DNA of 55,766 nucleotides from the IMG/VR virus record IMGVR_UViG_3300046171_000083, positions 1 to 55,766 of that record. One strand, given 5' to 3'. The DNA is from a virus. Lineage: Duplodnaviria > Caudoviricetes. Both the position numbers and the translations under genes were made by a program. The notes under the pieces are model-generated. The model had not been told where the DNA came from, did no database searches, and was given only the letters and a program-made list of their open reading frames with translations. Below, piece by piece: positions 20,512 through 27,598 of this stretch (positions are counted from its first letter, which is position 1; each line of letters starts with the position of its first letter).

Positions 20512-20740
20512 ATGATTACAGTATTTGAAGATAACCAACCAACGTTACAAGAGGCGCAGAAGATTGTCGGGGGGTTAGTGGAGATGGTACATTCTCCATC
20601 AGAACCCGATTGGCAAATCTTGGTAAACGAAGAAGGACTGCTTGAAGGGCTTGCCGTTCAACGAAGAAGCCACAGAATTATGCGGGACAGGTATTGTCGG
20701 ACCCGCTATCGTTTTAAAAGGGGATGCTATGTGGACGTAG
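20512..20740 (+). CDS. DUF3846-like protein (frameshifted near 20648)
   Basis: LQEAQKIVGGLVE..VNEEGLL; removing one G gives LPFNEEA...IVGPAIVL ending at TAG 20740. Confidence 0.65.
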
Positions 20741-20970
20741 AAACACAAGCGATATTAAGCAGCTTAGAAGAAAGGCTCATCTGTTAGTTAGTCACTCAGA
20801 ACAGATGGGCTTTTTTAATATAAAACAACAGGGTGAAGAAATAGTAACTTTGTTGGAAATGTTAGAAAGAAAAATCCAAAAATAGTAGTCGTGGGACAAA
20901 GAAGGAAACCCGCTCAAACCTGTCCCAGGCGAACAATACAGACATTTGTTCGGGTTATCAACCTGGGACA

Positions 20971-21003
20971 AAAAAAAGCGGGATAAATCCCGCTAATTTT
21001 TTT
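20971..21003. terminator. Bidirectional intrinsic terminator
   Basis: A-run, AGCGGGA-TAAA-TCCCGCT, T-run, between convergent operons. Confidence 0.65.
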
Positions 21004-21147
21004 CTTTATCTTCTTTAATTTGTTCGACTTTTTTTTCCCAAGGAGGTTTGGATAAACTAACGCTTTCTTTTTTAAAGTTTGCTAATTTACGTTTATAACC
21101 CATCCACTCCTTTTCTGCTTTAGTCCATTTTTCGTTGGTTCTATCTC

Positions 21148-21363
21148 TCATGGCCTCACTTTCGGCTTAACAAGTTTATTAGATGCAACCTCAGTTCCTT
21201 TGCAATGTATCAACACCGAATCATGTTGGCTTTCCATCATAAAATACATAGCTTCTTTGCTATAACTACAATCGTCATAGCTTTTAAATAGTATGTTGTG
21301 TGTTACCTGTTCGCCTTGAACAAAGTAACTTAACACCATGAACGTAAAATATTTAATCATCAA
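21148..21363 (-). CDS. Small hypothetical protein with N-terminal hydrophobic segment and two Cys
   Basis: 71 aa ORF overlapping the upstream stop; GGAG RBS. Confidence 0.55.
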   Translation of the reverse strand: MMIKYFTFMVLSYFVQGEQVTHNILFKSYDDCSYSKEAMYFMMESQHDSVLIHCKGTEVASNKLVKPKVRP

Positions 21364-21737
21364 TTCACTCCCATTCTTTTGTCTTCAGCCTCGTATTGAG
21401 CCTTCTCTAATCGGTCAATCCAGTTCTGCAAAGTCTGGTAATTAGAAAAACCAAGCAAGTCAGCAGCCTCAGATAAAGTTTTTGTTTTAGTCAATGCTCT
21501 CTCAATATAGTTACGCTTAACCCTCTCAAGCGCAGCGTTCATATCGAAATCATCGGGGTCATCAACAAACGAACCATCGGGCATGTCGCCATCTGGGTTA
21601 GCGTCACGCCATTCATCGTTCACGCCAATGTTGTGCCTGATTTCTTCCATAAACTCTCGTAAGTCAGTTTCGGTCTTAATACCGCCCAACCGCTCAAGTG
21701 TGTAATGCATACACATCGTATCATCTGCAATAGACAT
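21360..21737 (-). CDS. Protein with C-terminal Fis/NtrC-type helix-turn-helix
   Basis: LERVKRNYIERALTKTKTLSEAADLLGFSNYQTLQNWI. ATG 21737 overlaps the stop of the Nop-domain gene; GGAGG RBS. Confidence 0.7.
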   Translation of the reverse strand: MSIADDTMCMHYTLERLGGIKTETDLREFMEEIRHNIGVNDEWRDANPDGDMPDGSFVDDPDDFDMNAALERVKRNYIERALTKTKTLSEAADLLGFSNYQTLQNWIDRLEKAQYEAEDKRMGVN

Positions 21738-22444
21738 TATGCTACCTCCTTCCATTCTTTGTATAAATCTTTAACCAAACGCTTTGTCATATAACGTAAG
21801 GCTCTGTTATGCGCATGACCGTCTGTTTCAACTCTCTCACGCTCCATAATCTTACGCTTATCGTACACCATTCTGTATGGCCCTGCATTTTCTTCTTTGC
21901 CTTGAGCCTTGAGAAGACTGTCGCCAATTGTCCAAAATACCGCATGCCTTGAGGGGCTATAGCCGTGAACCAATGCCATTTCAGCATTGCTGTGCTTACG
22001 CTGTCGTTCTCCATCAATCACGGCAAGTCCTGCACGTTTATAAATACCGTCCAGTTCTTTCTCATAAGCCATGAAGTCGCCAACTTCTCCGACAATACCT
22101 GCCAAGCCCAAATGACCAAAGCCTCTAACTTTGTCTACAAAAGTTGCAACAGGTAATTCTTTTGCTAAGTCAGATAACCACTTTTCAAAACCCGCTCTAC
22201 TTTTTAACAAAGGTTCTCTGGCATCAAACAATGGTTTTGTTGCAGCCATAAGCTCAATTGAGCCTTCTCCTTTTTTCAAAGCAACAAATAATTTGTTTGC
22301 TGCTTTAATCTCACCATCTGCAAAACCTCTACAGATAGCTTTAATTTGCAAAACTAATTTACCTTCAGCGCGAACCATATTTTGACGGTTGCGCCATGTT
22401 CGATAAATCATTGCGATAGTCGGGTCTTCATATCTTGTATCCAT
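21737..22444 (-). CDS. IS110-related Nop-domain protein without nuclease domain (TasA-like RNA-guided DNA-binding protein)
   Basis: 235 aa: coiled coil, VRGFGHLGLAGIVGEVGDF, KRAGL, GYSPSRHAV, PYRMVYDKRK, HAHNRALRYMTKRLVKDLY. This resembles the IS110/IS116 C-terminal (Nop-like) domain. No DEDD RuvC or HNH domain. AAGGAG RBS. Confidence 0.8.
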   Translation of the reverse strand: MDTRYEDPTIAMIYRTWRNRQNMVRAEGKLVLQIKAICRGFADGEIKAANKLFVALKKGEGSIELMAATKPLFDAREPLLKSRAGFEKWLSDLAKELPVATFVDKVRGFGHLGLAGIVGEVGDFMAYEKELDGIYKRAGLAVIDGERQRKHSNAEMALVHGYSPSRHAVFWTIGDSLLKAQGKEENAGPYRMVYDKRKIMERERVETDGHAHNRALRYMTKRLVKDLYKEWKEVA

Positions 22445-22463
22445 ATTGGATCTCCTTGGTTGC

Positions 22464-23242
22464 GAGGCGACTACGTTGTGGCATTGCTGCGTGTCGTCGA
22501 TAGCCTCTGGTTATATTGGGCGCTCAGGGACTGGCATTTCTGCGGATTGAGTTTGGCCCAAATCTGGTGGGAGCGCCCTCTAAAAGACATTGCTGCGTAC
22601 CTATAGCGGCTCCCATAAATTAATAGAAAAGGGAGAAACAGTAGCGGCTTGATGAGCGTACAAATTATGTCCTTTCCTAACTGGTGGGAGAGTGCAATCC
22701 CCGTGACATTGCTGTGGGTCTCTTCTGACCCTCCCATAAACTGGTGGGGAAGGGTGAACCATGAATGGCATTTCTGCGGGGCCATGATGACCCTTCCCTT
22801 GAGAGCGGTAGCGCATTGGCATTTCTGCGTTTGATCCTTGGCTCTCGTAAATAAGTGGGAGCGATCATAGATGGGCATTGCTGCGTGGTAACAAAGGCTC
22901 CCGTAAACTGGTGGGGAAGGGCGACTCCGCCTTGGCATAGCCGCGCTTTTTGATTGACCCTTCCCTTGGGAGCGTTCCTCCATAGGCATTACTGCGCAGT
23001 CATGATGGCTCCCGTAAACTGATCGGGAAGGGTGTTTGTTACGTGGCATCTCTGAGATAAAGCCGTGACCCTTCCCTTGAGAGCGAGTGACCCTTGGCAT
23101 TTCTGCGCTGACTCTCTGGCTCTCGTAAACTAATCGGGAAGGGTGATTTAAGATTGACACTGCTGTGTGATTAGGATGACCCTTCCCTAACTGGTGGGAG
23201 CGTGCGCTGTGTAGCATTGCTGCGATATTCAAGTGGCTCCCA
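22464..23242 (-). ncRNA. TIGR-like stem-loop guide RNA array, 14 dual-spacer units
   Basis: Minus-strand unit: stem arm (GGGAGCCA or GGGAAGGGTCA), 9-nt spacer, CGCAGNAATGCCA, 9-nt spacer, complementary arm (CGCTCCC or CACCCTTCCC). Plus-strand unit starts: 22464, 22516, 22568, 22626, 22685, 22747, 22801, 22857, 22914, 22968, 23025, 23079, 23136, 23195. Confidence 0.88.
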
Positions 23243-23249
23243 TATAACA

Positions 23250-23789
23250 TTACGATACCATCACATCCGTATGGATGGCCTCTACATCTTCAATCTTCCA
23301 AACATCCCGAACAATTTTACCTTCGGGCATCTTCTCCAAGATCGCAGATAAAAACTTATGATTACGTTTGTGCGTACTCATCTTGCCATGCTCTCGCTTA
23401 ACAACAATCTCTAAATCGCTTTTAGTTGCATCTCCAAGAGCAATACCCAATTCGGGTAATGCAAAGTAATCAAAGATATTCTTGGCATAATTAACAGCCG
23501 TATTCTTCAAAGACACATTCGGGGTAGAATGTTCGCCCTTCTTTAATAAAACCTGCTTTGAAATCTTTTCAGCCTGACGCTTAAAACTAATTCGGTTTGT
23601 TCTTGATCTGGCGCTTACATCTTCAGATGCAATGCGTTGCAAATAACGTGCGGTAGCCGCATCACGCAAATCTTTATCATTACGCAACATATTAAGATAC
23701 TTTTCAGCAGCTTGCTTTTGCGTCTTTGAGTTTTCCCAAGCCTTTTCAATGGCCTCTAAAACAATCGGGTTTCTACTTTGATAAGTCAT
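23250..23789 (-). CDS. Basic hypothetical protein immediately upstream of the guide array
   Basis: 179 aa, Lys/Arg-rich; its stop lies 7 nt before the first array unit. Confidence 0.75.
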   Translation of the reverse strand: MTYQSRNPIVLEAIEKAWENSKTQKQAAEKYLNMLRNDKDLRDAATARYLQRIASEDVSARSRTNRISFKRQAEKISKQVLLKKGEHSTPNVSLKNTAVNYAKNIFDYFALPELGIALGDATKSDLEIVVKREHGKMSTHKRNHKFLSAILEKMPEGKIVRDVWKIEDVEAIHTDVMVS

Positions 23790-23940
23790 TTTCTACTTCC
23801 TTTTTTCCAGTGCCCTCACATTCGGGGCATTCAATTTTATCAACGTCGATGTAACCAACGTCACGGTCAAAGCCGTGTGGTCGGGGGCTATCGACTTCGA
23901 TCAACCCCCAACCCTCACATTCTTTGCAAAATTCAGTCAC
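23773..23940 (-). CDS. Small DnaJ-type zinc-finger protein
   Basis: GTG 23940; CKECEGWG ... CPECEGTG (two CxxCxGxG motifs). Confidence 0.65.
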   Translation of the reverse strand: MTEFCKECEGWGLIEVDSPRPHGFDRDVGYIDVDKIECPECEGTGKKEVENDLSK

Positions 23941-23941
23941 T

Positions 23942-24379
23942 TTACCAACTCGCCTGATATGTAACACTGCCCCAAGAGGTGGACTCCACCCAATCAGCAG
24001 CATTGTCAAATACTTTGGCATGGTCTTTGCCCTCGGATCGGTCTTGATCCCAAATCTCTGGGCTACCAAAAAAGCACCCATGACAATCATCATTGCTAGG
24101 CAATTTGTTATCTCGTAATGCGTCAGCAATCTTGCGCAACTGTTCAGCCTCAAGATCAATTCTCTGGCATTTATCAACACCATCAGCGAACTCATTTACA
24201 ATGTAAACATGCAACGGTGCGAACTTGCGCCATGTGCCCATGTCCAAAACATATGTCTCTACATCGAACCCATCAACAACGGGGCGCTTCACTTCCAGTG
24301 ACCCACCTTCGGGCGCTTGCTGTGAATGATCCCACTGACTGATATACTTGTCGCCTCTTAAATACATATCTAAACCCAT
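23942..24379 (-). CDS. Phage hypothetical protein
   Basis: Start MGLDMYL with GAAGGGAAG RBS; WRK and terminal YQASW motifs. Confidence 0.75.
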   Translation of the reverse strand: MGLDMYLRGDKYISQWDHSQQAPEGGSLEVKRPVVDGFDVETYVLDMGTWRKFAPLHVYIVNEFADGVDKCQRIDLEAEQLRKIADALRDNKLPSNDDCHGCFFGSPEIWDQDRSEGKDHAKVFDNAADWVESTSWGSVTYQASW

Positions 24380-24400
24380 GATTTTACTTCCCTTCGTTAT

Positions 24401-24442
24401 ACTAGATGTCCCATACATAAAATAGTTTATTATGAGTGTCAA
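24401..24442 (-). promoter_or_regulatory. Putative promoter of the operon containing the guide array
   Basis: Minus-strand TTGACA (24442-37), weak -10 TATGTA, then TATGGGA and CTAG motifs before the RBS. Confidence 0.45.
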
Positions 24443-24647
24443 GAAAAAAAATAAAAAAATTTATGAACAAAAAAAAACCCCTCAGAACGGAGGAACTGAG
24501 GGGGGTCTAGTTGTGAGGCAGAAAGGCAGACCTTATGCATCCCTGCAAATATTGGTTTATCATGGGAAAAATCCCAATGCAAGAAAAAAGTGCGCAGCAG
24601 GGACAGAAAAACAACCCGATAAATTGTTCGGGTTCCTGGCTGGTACA

Positions 24648-24678
24648 AAAAAACCCCCGCTTGAATTTTGCGGGGGCT
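24648..24678 (-). terminator. Intrinsic terminator
   Basis: CCCCGC/GCGGGG stem followed by a T-run on the minus strand, just after the 29-aa ORF. Confidence 0.55.
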
Positions 24679-24704
24679 TCATATTATTCGGGTTATGTCG
24701 GGAT

Positions 24705-24794
24705 CTACCACCATTGAAGCACCGCTCCAATCAACCAACCGTAAACACCAATTATAATTAAGGTGGCAATAATCCAATCCTGCCAATCAATCAT
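24705..24794 (-). CDS. 29-aa single-TM microprotein
   Basis: MIDWQDWIIATLIIIGVYGWLIGAVLQWW, GAGGTG RBS. Below the ORF-track cutoff. Confidence 0.55.
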   Translation of the reverse strand: MIDWQDWIIATLIIIGVYGWLIGAVLQWW

Positions 24795-24936
24795 CGGACA
24801 CCTCAACCTTTTTATCCACTGGAATAAGAACTTTAAGGTGAACAAATCCCCCTTGCATCGAACTGATGCTGTAAGTATAGGGGCAAGTTTTCACCCACTT
24901 TAAAAAGCTCTCCATGTTTTCAATTTGAAAATTCAT
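24787..24936 (-). CDS. 49-aa hypothetical protein
   Basis: MNFQIENMESFLKWVKTCPY..., AAGGAGG RBS, ATGA overlap with the GGCT gene. Confidence 0.6.
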   Translation of the reverse strand: MNFQIENMESFLKWVKTCPYTYSISSMQGGFVHLKVLIPVDKKVEVSDD

Positions 24937-25358
24937 ACTGCAACCTCCTTTCGCTTCTCCTCATTAAAAGAAGCATCTTCCCTAGCCGCTCTCAAATACC
25001 AATCATCAAGACCGAAATCATCATAACCGCTCTCAATCATATCGTAATAGCCGCTTGATGGATGCCGCAAGTTACCTTTGTCGCCATTCATGTCGTAGAT
25101 AATCCAATTGCCGTTGATCTTGCGTCTACCGTATAAAGTCGGGTAGCCTTCAAGCCTATCAAGTGCCTTCAAACAATCGTGGGTAATCTCCCACAATACT
25201 ACAGGCAACACACAATCTGGGTCGTAACGAAAGTCAGCTACGCCCCGAAAAATCAAACGGTGATTGGGCAGATAAAAGCCGCCCATAGGTTTTGCATTCG
25301 GACACCTTGCCGCCATAGCATCGCGGTTTGTGTTCATGCCATACGCTAAATAATACAT
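24933..25358 (-). CDS. Gamma-glutamylcyclotransferase (GGCT/AIG2-like) family protein
   Basis: YLAYGMN, VLWEI, LDRLEGYP and PSSGYYDMI motifs. Confidence 0.85.
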   Translation of the reverse strand: MYYLAYGMNTNRDAMAARCPNAKPMGGFYLPNHRLIFRGVADFRYDPDCVLPVVLWEITHDCLKALDRLEGYPTLYGRRKINGNWIIYDMNGDKGNLRHPSSGYYDMIESGYDDFGLDDWYLRAAREDASFNEEKRKEVAV

Positions 25359-25714
25359 TATGCGTTCTCCTCACATAAACCGTAAGCATCGTAAATTAAA
25401 GCATCTGTCAGCCGTTCCAAATAATCGGGCAAGATACCCTTCACAATAACTTTTTGTGCATAAGACGGTGAGCAATCCGCATCATGCGCGGTATACTTGC
25501 AAAATTCACTGATAACAAAAGAACGAATTGCCTTTTTGTTGTGTGCGTTCTTAGCAATATAATCAACATTTTTACGATAGTGATCTTCACCTAAATAAGA
25601 ACCGTCCAACCATAAACGGAAGTAACGTCTTAAAGGCTCATTAACGCCCATAAAGTCGCCTTGAAATTCTCTAAGAATGCGACCCTTTGCTGTCGTTGTG
25701 TCATAACTAGACAT
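25358..25714 (-). CDS. Hypothetical protein
   Basis: ATG 25714 (MSSYDTT) with AAGGAGG RBS. Confidence 0.7.
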   Translation of the reverse strand: MSSYDTTTAKGRILREFQGDFMGVNEPLRRYFRLWLDGSYLGEDHYRKNVDYIAKNAHNKKAIRSFVISEFCKYTAHDADCSPSYAQKVIVKGILPDYLERLTDALIYDAYGLCEENA

Positions 25715-25730
25715 TTTCTGTCCTCCTTTT

Positions 25731-25773
25731 ACTAGACAGTATATTATATATCCCATACCATCCCAAAGATCAA
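25731..25773 (-). promoter_or_regulatory. Putative early promoter with tandem TGGGA boxes
   Basis: Minus strand reads TTGATC-TTTGGGATGGTATGGGA-TATATAAT. Confidence 0.55.
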
Positions 25774-25829
25774 CCCCTAAATATAAAATAATTTATGAAA
25801 AGTGCCCCCATTGATTTTAAAGGATAATT

Positions 25830-26003
25830 TACGTCAAAAAAATCTACGTCAAAAGTTGACGTAAGTAACGTAACGTAGAATATGTAATAATATCAATGGT
25901 TTACGGGTTTACGTCACTTACGTCAAAAAGTTAATTTGACGTAAATAATGTAATGAAATCAATACGTTATTTTACGTCACCTACGTCACCCCCTTATAGG
26001 GGG
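25830..26003. repeat. Iteron-like TACGTCA cluster with two IHF-consensus sites
   Basis: TACGTCA/TGACGTA at 25830, 25845, 25857, 25910, 25919, 25937, 25973, 25982. WATCAANNNNTTR matches at 25891 and 25957. CCCCCTTATAGGGGG hairpin at the end. Confidence 0.8.
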
Positions 26004-26149
26004 GTATATATACCTTACCCCCCTGATGTAATGTTGTTGCTGCCACTTTTGATGTTGTGTTGGAAATGTTTGGGATAGATAGCACTTGACGGCAGCAGCG
26101 GATGAGGTAATATAAACCGACAAATTGTTCGGGTAACACGGGGGCCAGT

Positions 26150-26674
26150 ATGCCAAAGGTCGGGGAGCAGGTAGCCAAAGGAGAAAAGAGACTAACGCCG
26201 CCGCAGCAGAAGTTTCTGGATAACTACATTCATAAAGATATGACACAGACCGCAGCAGCTAGGGAGGCAGGGTACAAGAATGCAAATGTCTCAGCAGTGC
26301 AGCTTCTTAATAACCCAAAGGTCAAAGAGCGCATGGAGGAGATGCGCTTAGAGCTTGAAGCAAAGTACGGGGTTTCAATAACCAAATCTGTTCGGGATAT
26401 GCAACGCTTGCGGGATGAGGCATGGCAAGAGGGGAACTTTGGAGCAGCGATTAAAGCCGAGGAACTCAGGTTAAAGGTAACGGGGTTAATGGTTGCCCGT
26501 AGCCATGTAACACACGAACATGTTGACAATCTCAGCCGTGAGCAGATCGTAGAACAGCTTCAAGAGTTTATGGATCGTGCTAAAAACCGCATGATTGACG
26601 TAACACCCGCAGAAAATCCCACAGAACCCGAACAAAATCCTATAACGAACTATAGTCAGGAGGCGGCAGAGTAG
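26150..26674 (+). CDS. terS: Terminase small subunit
   Basis: LTPPQQKFLDNY...TQTAAAREAGYKNANVSAVQLLNNPKV HTH pattern, followed by oligomerisation helices. Confidence 0.8.
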   Translation: MPKVGEQVAKGEKRLTPPQQKFLDNYIHKDMTQTAAAREAGYKNANVSAVQLLNNPKVKERMEEMRLELEAKYGVSITKSVRDMQRLRDEAWQEGNFGAAIKAEELRLKVTGLMVARSHVTHEHVDNLSREQIVEQLQEFMDRAKNRMIDVTPAENPTEPEQNPITNYSQEAAE

Positions 26675-26762
26675 TCTTTACGCTTGGGGAGGGTGCGTAT
26701 CCGCCCCCCAACCCCGTTTTTTTGACGGAGGAGGCGGGGGAGGAGGAGTTTCGGGGTCCGAT

Positions 26763-27058
26763 AAGCCGAAAAATTGTTCGGGTTACTGCCGAGGCGCTAC
26801 GGGCTTCTCAGGCATACATCGGGTTTCGGGTTGATCTTCCCAGGCGCTTCGGAATTGCCCGAAGAATTGTTCGGGTTATTATACCAGGGCGCTGACAACC
26901 AGGCAAGCAGCTCCAGGGCACTTCTGTCTCCTGGTATCTTCCCGCTGCATTCCCGCTGCCTGGGACAACAACCCGAACAATTGTTCGTTCTCTTCACCGA
27001 GCCTGGGCCATCGGGCCATCGGGGTTCGGGCTTCGGGGTTTCGGGTTCGGGGTTCGGG
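26763..27058. repeat. Cluster of AACCCGAACAATTGTTCGGGTT-like palindromes and TTCGGG repeats
   Basis: Palindrome copies at 26763, 26856 and 26970; (TTCGGG)-like G-runs at 27021-27058. Confidence 0.75.
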
Positions 27059-27245
27059 ATATATGTATATATACCCTTATTTATATACATATTATCTATA
27101 ATTTTTTTCTTTTTTTTTAGATTTTTTTAGATTTTTTTGGCAAAAATAATCCGAATAATTTAGGATTTTATGGGATTTTTTACTTGTTATATAAATAAAT
27201 TTATGTCAATAATAGGTATAAACAAAAAAAGAGAGTGAGAAAATT

Positions 27246-27575
27246 ATGTTAGATTTTACAATAGACCTACCAACCGATGAAATAGAAAATCTATTTTCCA
27301 ATTTTGACGATGACCATATGGCAATACCTAGTTTGTCACTAGGTCAAAATCATAAAAGCCATAATGAAAAATTTCACGATGATATGTTAGACTTTATCGC
27401 TGATGAAAAACCACCGTCACAAAATATTAAGAATTGGGTTAGTGGTATGCGAATAAGCGGTAAACAACGCCGTAATGAAAAGATTATAGAACGCCGCGCA
27501 AAATATGCGCATAGGGATAACCCAACCCACCAATGGCTAAATATGAACCAATTACAGCAATTAATAAATCAATAA
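27246..27575 (+). CDS. Hypothetical protein
   Basis: 109 aa; shares its leader sequence with the next gene. Confidence 0.65.
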   Translation: MLDFTIDLPTDEIENLFSNFDDDHMAIPSLSLGQNHKSHNEKFHDDMLDFIADEKPPSQNIKNWVSGMRISGKQRRNEKIIERRAKYAHRDNPTHQWLNMNQLQQLINQ

Positions 27576-27598
27576 AAAAAAGATAGTGAGATATAATT

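Noticed and set aside
21737-22444. IS110 insertion sequence or transposase pseudogene
   Set aside because: No DEDD RuvC domain or SG serine motif is present. The gene has an intact RBS, is coupled to its neighbour, and sits beside a multi-unit array rather than a single bridge RNA.
22464-23242. Calling the array a CRISPR array
   Set aside because: Variable segments are only 9 nt and come in pairs inside covarying stem-loops. There is no constant 25-45 nt repeat and no cas1/cas2 or CRISPR effector gene.
22471-23250. 259-aa minus-strand ORF and other short ORFs over the array
   Set aside because: The translation is a repetitive by-product of the nucleotide units. Unit lengths are not multiples of three and conservation follows base pairing. 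Incidental translation cannot be excluded.
26774-27130. ORFs on both strands across the repeat region, and similar ORFs at 24432-24761 and 25981-26246
   Set aside because: No RBS, and the translations mirror the DNA repeats and homopolymer runs.
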